64,000 nucleotides of DNA from Octopus sinensis (lineage: Eukaryota). Position numbers and translations under genes: made by a program. Below, in pieces: positions 1-11,928 of the stretch. The stretch spans positions 120,714,001 to 120,778,000 of the forward strand of contig NC_043000.1 of the NCBI RefSeq assembly GCF_006345805.1, in the 5' to 3' direction. Numbering within the stretch: the first letter of the stretch is position 1; each line of letters opens with the position of its first letter. The notes beneath the pieces are model-generated. The model worked only from the letters and a program-made list of their open reading frames with translations, did no database searches and was not told the DNA's origin.

Positions 1-730
1 GGATGGTTTGCTATTTGGCACCCAGCATAGTTTTCGACCAGGTAGAAGCTGCCTGGCTCATCTCTTGCAGCACTCTGATTGGGTGTTAAAGCCGCTGCTC
101 AATAATTCAAATGTAGTCGTGATATATTTCGACTTTGCTAATGGCTTTGGTAAGGTCGACCATGGTAAGATATGTCACATGATTGGTTATCTTGGCATAC
201 TCGAAAAACTTCGAGAATAGCTTTATAGCTTTTCTAAAAGATGAAGTCAATTGGCCTCCTCCAAGGAAAAGAAATAATAAATGATATTCCAGAGGGCACT
301 GTCTTGGGGCCACTACTATTCATACTCTCAGACATGCCCTCAGTTGCTCAGATAATCACCGTTGCTTATGCAGATGACACAAAAGTCTCTCAGAGAACAC
401 AGGATCTATTTCTTTACTACCAATAAAGGGCTAAACACAGAGTTGACAAACAAGGACAGACAAAGGGATTAAGTCGATTATATCGACCCCAGTGCGTGAC
501 TGGTACTTAATTTATCGACCGCGAAAGCATGAAAGACAAAGTCGACCTCGGTGGAATTTGAACTCAGAACGTAACAGCAGACGAAATACGGCTACGCATT
601 TCGCCTGGCGTGCTAACGATTCTGCCAGATCGCCGCCTAGAGATCCTAGAGACGTTGTGCGTCTGCAACAGAAGTTGGTCGCAATATAGAGGTGGGCTGA
701 GGAAAATAATGTACAATCAAATGGAGAATC
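1..730 (+). mobile_element. Decayed CR1-type non-LTR retrotransposon RT fragment, interrupted by a SINE at ~408-640
   Basis: Motifs QHSFRPGRSCL, VIYFDFANGFGKVDH, IPEGTVLGPLLF and YADDTK. Homology resumes after the SINE as DVVRLQQKLVAI*RWAEENNVQ. Frameshifts and stops are present. Confidence 0.85.
408..640 (-). mobile_element. tRNA-derived SINE family A (Meta-domain-like core)
   Basis: Minus strand reads GGCGGCGA..TGGCAGAATCGTTAGC..GAGTTCAAATTCC (A/B boxes), then a GTCGACTTTG.CTTTCAT.CTTTCG.GGTCGATAAATTAAGTACC core. More than 10 copies occur in the window. Confidence 0.85.
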
Positions 731-1184
731 GTTGAATAAGCTATGCCATATGGTCTCAGACACGCAAATTATGCATCACTGAAAGATCGCACATTCTTTT
801 TAGATCCATGAATTCCACCGCACTCCTTAATTCCAGATCGGAAATTTTCAGTAACTGCAAGTATATAGACAAATTGCTTCGTCGAACTGGATTATATAAT
901 TCTCCATCCTCTGCGAACTGAGCACCTGTCACGCAGAACTTGGACTCATATACGTTGAATTATTCAACTCCAGCTAATTTAATTATGATTTCCTCGGGAA
1001 AAGGGGATGTGGCTCTAATTTATTTCTGTTCTTTCCCTGCGTTTTTCAATTTTTAATCACTCTTTGTCTTCTGATTCGAATTTTTGCATCAACACTCATC
1101 TAGCTTTTTCTTGCGGGTCCTCATGTACAACCATTCTATTTTTCAAATAGAACTAACCATGTTCCCAGAGCCCCAAAACTCTTC

Positions 1185-1565
1185 TTGACAAAGCTTCCCA
1201 ACCACATGGTTCCGCGTTCAGTCCCACTGCGTGCCACCTTGGGCAAGTGTCTTCTACTATAGCCTCAAGTCGACCAAAGTCTTGTGAGTTGATTTGATTT
1301 GATAGGCGGAAACTGAAAGAAGCCAATCGTATATACATATATATATGTATGAATATATCTGCGTTTGTCATCCCAGTATCGCTTGACAACTGATATTGGT
1401 CTGTTTACGTTTCCATAACTTAACGGTTCGGCAAACGATACCGAAAGAATAAGTATTAGGCTTACAAAGAATTAGTCCTGGGATCGATTTGTTCCACTAA
1501 AGGCGATGATCCAGCATGGCCACAGTGAAATTACTGAAACACAAGTACAAGAATAAAGGAATAAA
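1185..1565 (+). mobile_element. tRNA-derived SINE family B (CORE-like domain, internal microsatellite)
   Basis: Contains GTTCAGTCCCACTGCGTG.CACCTTGGGCAAGTGTCTTC, an internal (TA) tract and the tail TAAAGGCG.TG.TCCAGCATGGCC. Many copies occur in the window. Confidence 0.8.
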
Positions 1566-1578
1566 AGAATATATAATA

Positions 1579-1640
<62 letters not shown>

Positions 1641-1658
1641 TGTGTATATATATATATG

Positions 1659-1691
<33 letters not shown>

Positions 1692-1718
1692 CTATCTATC
1701 TATCTGTCTGACTATCTA

Positions 1719-1774
<56 letters not shown>

Positions 1775-2215
1775 AATTGCAAACGTACAAATATCAGTGT
1801 GTGCTTAACTATTGATCTCATGAGAATAACACAGACGTCAACTGAAAGCCAACACAATGTGAAAGAAATGTGTACTTTTGAGAAAGTACTTAAGCAAAGA
1901 AAAATATAGGGACTAAACTTGTAAATATTTAATATATATATTGAATTTGATATCATAGTAAATTAGATGAATTCGCATGAAGATTACTTTCATTTTCTAA
2001 TCAAAATTTGTGCTCTCTCGGTTTCTTCCTGTTTCTATTATCACACAAGTCCATACATAATAGCAAACTCTTGTATATATAATTCATATAATACAATGCA
2101 ATGTAATATAATATAGTATAATATAATATAGTATAATATAATATAATATAATATAATATAATATAATGATAATAATGATGATAATATATATATACATATA
2201 TATACATATATGTAC

Positions 2216-2268
<53 letters not shown>

Positions 2269-2272
<4 letters not shown>

Positions 2273-3242
2273 AAAAAGAAGTTTGAAAATGCCACTATAT
2301 TAGATAAATTTTAATTTTCTTATGAATTTTACATGTTTCGGTTCTTGAAAAAACGAACCTTATCAAAAATATTATAAAACGTGCAATGGAAAAGTTCATA
2401 ATCGTTTCTTACTGTTCTCAATAGAATCCATGTGGTGGTGTTTTGTCGGTAGTTGGTATAATCGCTATATTACTGTTGAATGTAGTGAAGAAGTCCATTA
2501 CTGTTTCTTGCTGGTATCAAAAGGAACCGCTTTTTTGTTAACTTGTGTTCCAATGGTAGCAACAGTAGTGATTGTTGGTCGTAGTAGTAGTAACCTGTGG
2601 CTGTTACTGTTAGTCGTAATTTTGGCAACCTTGGAGTTGTAGTAGTTAAGCTGTGGCCGTGGCATCAGTAGCAGCAGTAGTAGAGGACTGTTGATCGTAG
2701 TAGCAACAGTGGTCGGTTCTTTGGCACTGTTCACTGACGTCACGTAATTCCAAACCAATCAAAACCAAACTTCAACGAATACAAGGAAAATACCCATAAC
2801 TGTATCCTGTAAGGAAACCAACCAAGCAGAACGACAAGCTTGACCACGGAAGAAAAACGTCATCAATTTTTTATCGAATCAAAATCAGATCTGACCCATA
2901 ACAGTAACAGCCTCAGGTTACTACTACTATGACCAACAATCACTACTGTTGCTACCATTGGAACACAAGGTAACAAAAAAGCGGTTCCTTTTGATACCAG
3001 CAAGAAACAATAATGGACTTCTTCACTACACTCAACAGTAATATAGCGATTATACCAACTACCGACAAAACACCACCACATGGATTCTATTGAGAACAGT
3101 AAGAAACGATTATGAATTTTTCTATTGCACTTTTTATAATATATTTGATAAGGTTCGTTTTTTCAAGAACCGAAACATGTAAAATTCATAAGAAAATTAA
3201 AACTTATCTAATATAGTGGCATTTTCAAACTTCTTTTTTACA
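2269..3242. repeat. Long inverted repeat (arms 2269-2613 and 2899-3242) of a probable PLE terminal region
   Basis: The arms are near-identical reverse complements (the ORF track shows the same peptide on both strands). Each arm has an HHR-like motif and the structure is flanked by (TA)n. Confidence 0.85.
2326..2370 (-). ncRNA. Minimal type I hammerhead-like motif, U3-A8 core variant (second copy 3141-3185 +)
   Basis: ATTT-TTGATAA-GGTTC-10nt-GAACC-GAA-ACATGT-A-AAAT, with a palindromic stem III and a GUA triplet. Confidence 0.6.
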
Positions 3243-3276
3243 AATATATACCCACTCGTATACGATCTACTCTTAT

Positions 3277-3316
<40 letters not shown>

Positions 3317-3394
3317 TATATATATAAATGTATGTGTAAATATACTTTTATATATATTTATAAATCATTAAAATCTCTAAATGTTCCAACTTTA

Positions 3395-3925
3395 AAGGTG
3401 TGGTCATGCTGGGGCACCACTATTGGCTGGGCTACACTATTATTTGAAACCTCGTGGTATTTGTTGAATAGGGGAGTTTTATGCCGCTTTTATGCCTCAT
3501 CTGGGTTTCGTGCCACAAGATAGGCTCATCTGGAACCCTTGACAGGAAGAGATCCAGTTTTGTTTTAAAGACACCTACATCCAAACCATGCAGGTCTCTC
3601 AGGCATTTTGGAAGGATGTTGAAGAGCTTTAGGCACTTGAAACTCAAGCTGTTGTAGTATTTGGTCCTGTTATTTGATTGTGATGCTGGGATCTTTGGCA
3701 CTAAGTTTGTGTAACTTTCAAAGTCAAAGTTTGATACAACGTCTTCCAGAATGTTCCAAATGTATGTCACTACATATCTTTCTCGCCTTCGTTCTAGGGA
3801 GGAGTGTTTTAATCCTATCAGTCTTTCCGAGTAGCTGATATGTTGCATTGAAACGATTTTCTTTGTGTAGCTTCGTTGAATTGCTTTGAGTTCTGCCGTT
3901 AATTTTATATTGCGTGCTGACCAAT
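3395..3925 (-). mobile_element. 3' fragment of CR1-type LINE (C-terminal ORF2 plus 3' tail); duplicated at 4851-5381
   Basis: ELKAIQRSYTKKI..SYSERL..SLERRRERY..YIWNI..LFNILPKCLR..FKTKLDLFL is a typical CR1-group ORF2 C-terminus. The tail reads GTGGTGCCCCAGCATGACCAC. Confidence 0.8.
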
Positions 3926-4205
3926 AATTTTTACCTTTGAAGGTTTTTACTTCCATGCTGGCCACTTGATAGGATCGTTTTTTGATTTAAATTAACGATC
4001 CTATCCTTATTTATATAATTTTAAATTTATTTCATCATTGCATTTACTGCGGTGATGTTTTAACCATATCGCACATGGAATTAAGAAGCGGGCATTTTAA
4101 ACTGGTCATGTTGCATACGTGCATATATATATGTGTATACGTTTGTGTATGTAAGTATTCGTATGTTGTATGTATATATATGTGTATTTATGTTTCTCTC
4201 TGCGT

Positions 4206-4268
4206 ATATTCCACTGATGAGTCAAAGTATTTCTAAATGCAAAGCCGGAAATCCGGGATCTGGAATAT
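4206..4268 (+). ncRNA. Type I hammerhead-like motif (duplicate 5663-5725)
   Basis: 8-bp stem I ATATTCCA/TGGAATAT, core CTGATGA, GAAA, stem III ATCC/GGAT and an AUC triplet. The base of stem II is imperfect. Confidence 0.55.
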
Positions 4269-4643
4269 CCAGTAATGTTTTACTAGTTTTATTTTGTCTT
4301 TTTGTCTTCTCTCCTTGTGCTATATGACACTTAATATGGTCTTAGAGTCAGATCCTGGCTGCTATTTTCAGCATGGCGGTATCTCGTAGATACTCTAAGT
4401 TATAATTATATATATATATATATATATACGTGCATATGTATATATGTATGTCTGTATTAGATACATGTATTATATATATATTATATATATATATATATAT
4501 TATATATACATACATATATATATATGTATGTGCGTATGTATATTTATATGTATGTATAGATGTATATATATATGTACATATCTATATATATCTCTGGACA
4601 TACGTATGTCTGTATATATATATTTGTGTGTGTGTTAGTGTGT

Positions 4644-4674
<31 letters not shown>

Positions 4675-4730
4675 CAAATATATATATATCTATATATATA
4701 CATATATATATATATATATAAATATATATA

Positions 4731-4776
<46 letters not shown>

Positions 4777-6578
4777 TATATAAATGTATGTGTAATATAC
4801 TTTTATATATATTTATAAATCATTAAAATCTCTAAATTGTTCCAACTTTAAAGGTGTGGTCATGCTGGGGCACCACTATTGGCTGGGCTACACTATTATT
4901 TGAAACCTCGTGGTATTTGTTGAATAGGGGAGTTTTATGCCGCTTTTATGCCTCATCTGGGTTTCGTGCCACAAGATAGGCTCATCTGGAACCCTTGACA
5001 GGAAGAGATCCAGTTTTGTTTTAAAGACACCTACATCCAAACCATGCAGGTCTCTCAGGCATTTTGGAAGGATGTTGAAGAGCTTTAGGCACTTGAAACT
5101 CAAGCTGTTGTAGTATTTGGTCCTGTTATTTGATTGTGATGCTGGGATCTTTGGCACTAAGTTTGTGTAACTTTCAAAGTCAAAGTTTGATACAACGTCT
5201 TCCAGAATGTTCCAAATGTATGTCACTACATATCTTTCTCGCCTTCGTTCTAGGGAGGAGTGTTTTAATCCTATCAGTCTTTCCGAGTAGCTGATATGTT
5301 GCATTGAAACGATTTTCTTTGTGTAGCTTCGTTGAATTGCTTTGAGTTCTGCCGTTAATTTTATATTGCGTGCTGACCAATAATTTTTACCTTTGAAGGT
5401 TTTTACTTCCATGCTGGCCACTTGATAGGATCGTTTTTTGATTTAAATTAACGATCCTATCCTTATTTATATAAATTTTAAATTTATTTCATCATTGCAT
5501 TTACTGCGGTGATGTTTTAACCATATCGCACATGGAATTAAGAAGCGGGCATTTTAAACTGGTCATGTTGCATACGTGCATATATATATGTGTATACGTT
5601 TGTGTATGTAAGTATTCGTATGTTGTATGTATATATATGTGTATTTATGTTTCTCTCTGCGTATATTCCACTGATGAGTCAAAGTATTTCTAAATGCAAA
5701 GCCGGAAATCCGGGATCTGGAATTATCCAGTAATGTTTTACTAGTTTTATTTTGTCTTTTTGTCTTCTCTCCTTGTGCTATATGAACACTTAATATGGTC
5801 TTAGAGTCAGATCCTGGCTGCTATTTTCAGCATGGCGGTATCTCGTAGATACTCTAAGTTATAATTATATATATATATATATATATACGTGCATATGTAT
5901 ATATGTATGTCTGTATTAGATACATGTATTATATATATATTATATATACATACATATATATATATGTATGTGCGTATGTATATTTATATGTATGTATAGA
6001 TGTATATATATATGTACATATCTATATCTATCTCTGGACATACGTATGTCTGTATATATATATATGTGTGTGTGTTAGTGTGTGTATGTGTGTGTATATA
6101 TATATATATACAAATATATATATATCTATATATATACATATATATATATATATAAATATATATATGCATCTATATATACAGACATACATATATATATACA
6201 TGCGTACGTATGCCTTATATAGTTTCCAATTTACAGCTTAGTAAAAGTAAAATGTTTATTAAATAGAATTATACATAATTCATTTTATTTCACTTTAAAA
6301 AAATAGCTGATTACTACTTTGATTAATGAAAGACGTTTAACAAAATCTTGTTTCTGTTTTATATGTAACATAAAACTTTTCCGTAATGAAATTTTAAACT
6401 TCCGTAAGATTCCAAATAAAATAAAACATGAGATATGTATATTGCAACTGTATGCAGTCTTACGCACCGATACACGTACTCATGCAAGCGCACATTAGCA
6501 TACATACACACATACTAAAACATCTGCCCGCTGATATATGTGTGTATGTAACTGTGCGTCACTGTATGTGCGTGCGTG

Positions 6579-6628
<50 letters not shown>

Positions 6629-6801
6629 TACAGACACATGAGCATACATATATATAGCTACATATATATTAATATATATATATATACATACATACATACA
6701 TACATACATACATACAGACAGACAGACAGACACACACACACACACACATATATATATACAAAAGAGGTATTTCGATTATACCCACGTGGTGAGTTGTAAT
6801 G

Positions 6802-6990
6802 TATATAAGAAATTAAAAAAGGAAAATCGCACACTTACATAGTTTTAATATAATGTTTAATATATCGACCGATTTCGCTATCATGATATCATAATATCAT
6901 GAATAGCGATAGCGAAACCGGTCGATTTATTAAAAATTATATTAAAACTATATAAGTGTGCGTATTTTCCTTTTTTAATTTCTTAAATAT
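6802..6990. repeat. Foldback of probable PLE terminus
   Basis: AAGAAATTAAAAAAGGAAAAT..GCACACTTA is mirrored by TAAGTGTGC..ATTTTCCTTTTTTAATTTCTT. It contains the HHR 3' half CGAAACCGGTC. Confidence 0.75.
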
Positions 6991-7006
6991 ATATATATAT
7001 ATATAC

Positions 7007-7242
7007 AGTGAGAGCTTGTTGCCAACTTAATGTGGCATTCCCAGGAAAAGGAAGAATATTACTGTCATTTAGCCCCAAGAAACACCGTTTCTAGCTGACT
7101 ACGCGACACAACCGTTCTTTGTCCTTAAGAACGCTTGTGTCGCGTAGCCAAGTTGAAACGGTGTTTCATGGGGCTAAATGACAGTAAGATTCTCCCCTTT
7201 CCTGGGACTGCTACATTCATTAAGTTGGCAATAAGCCATCAC
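7007..7242. mobile_element. Palindromic MITE-like element
   Basis: ~110-bp imperfect inverted arms, e.g. TTACTGTCATTTAGCCCC / GGGGCTAAATGACAGTAA and CTACGCGACACAA / TTGTGTCGCGTAG. Confidence 0.7.
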
Positions 7243-7263
7243 TTTATCGTACTGTTACTGCAG

Positions 7264-7336
<73 letters not shown>

Positions 7337-7383
7337 ATAATTGCAGCGTGGAAGGTGTTTATAGGCCATTTAAAAACTCAGCA

Positions 7384-7490
7384 ACCGTAGGTTTCACTTC
7401 AACATTTAAATTTAATTTGTCAAAATATTTTCAGCGCTGCATCTCATATCTTGACAGATTGAATTGAAATGTTGAAGTGAATGTAACGGT
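7384..7490. repeat. Short foldback
   Basis: TTCACTTCAACATTTAAATTTAATTTGTCAA is mirrored by TTGACAGATTGAATTGAAATGTTGAAGTGAA. Confidence 0.7.
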
Positions 7491-7934
7491 GCGCCGTAGG
7501 TATGTGATTTTCTTCTCCTATAATACTAGGATGAATGATATTTCTAAAACGGAAACTATGAGGAAGCCTTCAAATAATTTAATAAATAAATTCCTGTAAT
7601 TAAGAATTATAACTCTTTACGACCAATGTTTTTCCCGCTCCTTTCTTACACGACCATCGATATTGTTGTCTATACATCACGTATATTTTCTTCCTTCTTC
7701 TTCCCCAGCTCCACACAGTTATATGTGTGTGTGTGTATAAAGTAATGCCTCGATATACGAGTTAATCTGTTTCCAGAAACTGCTCGTAAAGCGAAAGCTC
7801 GTGAAGCAGAGAATTATTTCTTCATAGTAGCAATGAAATTTTATTGCCGTTATTTTATTCCGTCGCTGTGTAGACAGGTCAGAACCAGTGTTGCCACATG
7901 TTCCGACGGTGCCACACACACAAAATGGCTCGCT

Positions 7935-8407
<473 letters not shown>

Positions 8408-8833
8408 TTTAATCTTTTATATTTATCATAAAATAAATATCCGGGATGTGGTAAAGCGGGTCCTCGTAAAGTGACGTATTTACACACATACACACACACA
8501 TACGCACAAATGCACACATCCTCGCTATACGCGAGTGTGTCGTGTCTGTGTCAGCATTCAGTTGCATCCCTTTATGCAAAAATATAAGTCAGTCATTCGA
8601 TAAATAAGGATCAATAATATTAATAACATATTATAATTAGGATAGGATCGATATTATCCAGTGAAATCGTTGATGGCGCTCAACCGATACTACTGCAGTC
8701 AAATGTCTGAAGCTATAAGAAAAAAAAACAAAAACGAAAAAATAGAAACAAAAGATGATTATTATTTAAAAAAGCTGATAAACTAGCATTCTAATATCTC
8801 ATATGCGCTATCTAATTTTTTCTAATCTAATTA

Positions 8834-9398
8834 TTCGAGTTATCCGGAAAGTTCGTGCCGATTTTTAAAGGAAAGAAAAAAGTCAATAAATACTTGCCAT
8901 TACATTTTTAATCAACCAAATATGAACCATTTTGTTTCACAATGCGTCTCCATCTTTCCTTTAACTTAAAAATACACTCTTCCTAGAATTGAGGTGGTTT
9001 CATGGCTAAGAATTCATCAAGGTAACTTTTTACGTCATCCAAGGAATTGAAATCTTTACCATTAAGACTATTCTGCAGAGACCTGAATAAGTGGAAATCC
9101 GAAGGAGCAATATCTGGTGAATATGGAGAGTGGGGTAACACATCCCAGCCGAGCTGCAGCAATTTGTTTGGTTCCCAAAGCATCAAATGCCGAAAATGAA
9201 CTTTCTTATCTTCCATTTTAAAGGGTTACAGAATTAACAAAGTTTATAGGAATATAAAGCTTCTTCCACGAAGAGATAGCTTAAACTGTGCTCTAAATGG
9301 AGGTGTAGCCAAATCCTATTTTCTGGACTCAACCATGTTCTAAAATTAACGGAAAGGTAAGCTACTATAAGTCGGCACGAACTTTCCGGACAACACAA
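8834..9398 (-). mobile_element. Internally deleted mariner transposon with TIRs
   Basis: TIRs TT..AGTTATCCGGAAAGTTCGTGCCGA / TCGGCACGAACTTTCCGGACAACACAA are flanked by TA. The peptide MEDKKVHFRHLMLWE is fused to LGWDVLPHSPYSPDIAPSDFHLFRSLQ (mariner YSPDLAPSD motif). Confidence 0.92.
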
Positions 9399-11579
9399 TA
9401 CTTATTTTCCTGCATTGAGAACAATGCTTTCGTCTGCTTGTCACATGGAATTAATCTCCATTCAACACTCTACGTTTACAACTACTCCTTGGTCTTTCAC
9501 TCTAGTTCTAATATCTTCAGGGAAATAGAATTTGAAGAAATTTGCTATAATGTTCCACCTTTAACGTTTAATGCCTTAACTGAGAAACTTCCCTTTGGTT
9601 TACCAAGTATTGTGATTCAGCACTATAAAATATACGTGGAATATTTATTCTTGAGGGTGACGTAAGCTAATAGGTATGCACCCTGAGTGCTTAATCTGGT
9701 GTGCCACTAAAATTCCAGTTTGAACTGCAGTTTAACATGCGATTTTGTGACTGGTTTTCTAAAGCGGCAAGAAGTGGCTTCTCCTTGAGCAGGTAGATAT
9801 AGATTAAAAGAGAAATGAAGGGGCAAGCGCTTTGGCAAGACTTGAAAAGGACATTTCATTTAGCTATATAAAAAAAAAGGTGTACATAGTCTCTAACAGC
9901 TGTTTAGTAGAATATCTCAGCTATTGGAACATCGTGTCGAGTGACGACACCATAATTCCATAGGCCGAGTTTACTGTCATCAGAGAGATATATAGATAGA
10001 TAAGTAGAGAGAGAAATGGGCGGGTTAAACAAATGTATCAGTTGTGATAGAGCACTTAAAGGAAAATGTAGAGTAAACAATAATTGTGAAGGGTCACTCC
10101 GTATATTCAATTGGGAGATGTTTCATTGCACACCAATCTCTTGCAATACGTAAATCAAGAATTATAACCATATTTTCTGTAATGTGTGACCGCCAGTTTC
10201 TTGCCCCTTTTCAATTGTCACCGGGCTTTTTAATTTATAGACAGTGTCAATGAATTTAATTCAGACCTTACCCTGACAATCTACATATCCAGGCTATTCT
10301 AACCAGAGGCAAAAATATCCCTCCGGATTGAATACCAATCTAAAGGGAAATTTATTTGCTGATCCTTAACTAAACAATAAATTCAAATATTTCTAAAATA
10401 TTGGTAAAAACTTAAACGCGTTCACGACTTTGAATATTTTTTCTCATTTCTTTAATCATCAGTGTCGTTTCGTGGGGCTATTTCTGCAATATTTCGTGGG
10501 GCTATTTCTGCAATATTTCATAAGGTTCCATATGTTATCCAGTTTAAACAGGAATGAAACATCATAACCGTCATACCTTATCCCAATCTCAATAAAATGT
10601 AATATTTTCACAACGATTCGACAATTAAGGTAATGAAATTTTAAAATAAAGCGAAATCACGTAAAATTTGTTAGCTTTTAATTCTGCCGCCATCAAATAA
10701 ACAAATTGCTTCCTGTGAAACAGAGACTGAAGCCCATGTACAAATCATTAAACTAACTTTGCATTGCATGCTGGCAAGAATCAGATTCCTTGAAATGAAA
10801 ACAAATCCTTTGAAAAAGAAATAAATTTAGTTTGTGGAAATTATTCAAATGAAAGACTGAGCAAAAATTTTAAACATAAGGCGTAGAAGCGAAATGTTTG
10901 AAGGCTTAATGAACAGAGGGAAAAGTGTAATTAAAACCTTGGAAATGTTGGTTAAACTTGATTAAATTATATCTGGTTATTTATTAGTTTTTATTGTTGT
11001 TTTAATTATCTTTCGCTCTGTTCATTTATATATTCTGTCTTTATCTGTCTATGAAAGCATCACCTCTCGATCTATCTTCTTCACAGTGTATCTCCATCTA
11101 CATATATATTAGTATATTCATCAACCTTTTCCGTAGCCCACCGCCATGTTTCGCTGGCGTTGTCCATTTCACATCGTATCTTCACCCATCCTTCTCCACC
11201 ATGTCCTATCTTTGTTACTAATTTACCTCCTCTCCTCTCCTCTCTCTCTCTCTCTTTCTCGCGGTCTCTTTCTGTATTTCTCTCACTTCCTTCCGACATC
11301 AAACGTGAAATTCTTATTTAATTATTTCCAATGGAACCTATCCAGCTTCGTTTCCATTTAATGGATACTTGCCATTAATACTTATTTCTTTATTTGGCAC
11401 AAGGCCGCACGTTCGTTAAGTAACTATTTTCTGGATTGAATGGAACCATAATACAATGACTGTTACTCCTTTGTAATTGTTTATCCCAAGGTCATATTTC
11501 AAGGAGACTTATAAACACAACCGTTCCATACGTAACCTCCATACTCAAAGATTATATATATATATATATACTTCCCTCT

Positions 11580-11928
11580 AGTTTCAGCTCAGAGCTGCGG
11601 CCATGCTGATGCACCGCCGTTTTGCTACACTGTTATTACTAAGAGCCTCCTCTAATATGTGGCACTTTGTGAAGCATGAGTTTGATATAGCTATCCTCAT
11701 TTGCACCTATTGCCGTGAGGTAGGTTCATCTGGGACTCTCGACAGGAATAGGTCTAGCTTTGATTTAAAAACGCCTACATCTACTTTGTGTAAGTTCCTC
11801 AGACTCTTTGGGAGAATATTAAAAAGCTGTGGGCCCTTGCTGATGGCATTGCTGGGACCTTTGGCACTATGCAGTGTCGTCCCGCTCTGGCATTGGTGTA
11901 GCTTTCAATGCCAAAATTTGGCACAATC
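11580..11928 (-). mobile_element. Second, more decayed CR1-type LINE 3' fragment
   Basis: Homologous to 3400-3740 (FNILPKSLRNLHKVDVGVFKSKLDLFLSRVPDEP on the minus strand). The tail reads GGCGGTGCATCAGCATGGCCGCAGCTC..AGCTGAAAC. Confidence 0.75.

Larger units (their letters stand above)
3322..6150. repeat. ~1456-bp tandem duplication (3322-4778 / 4778-6150)
   Basis: Identical 177-aa ORF at 3432 and 4888. The copies differ mostly by single-base indels and the junctions lie in (TA)n. Confidence 0.9.
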
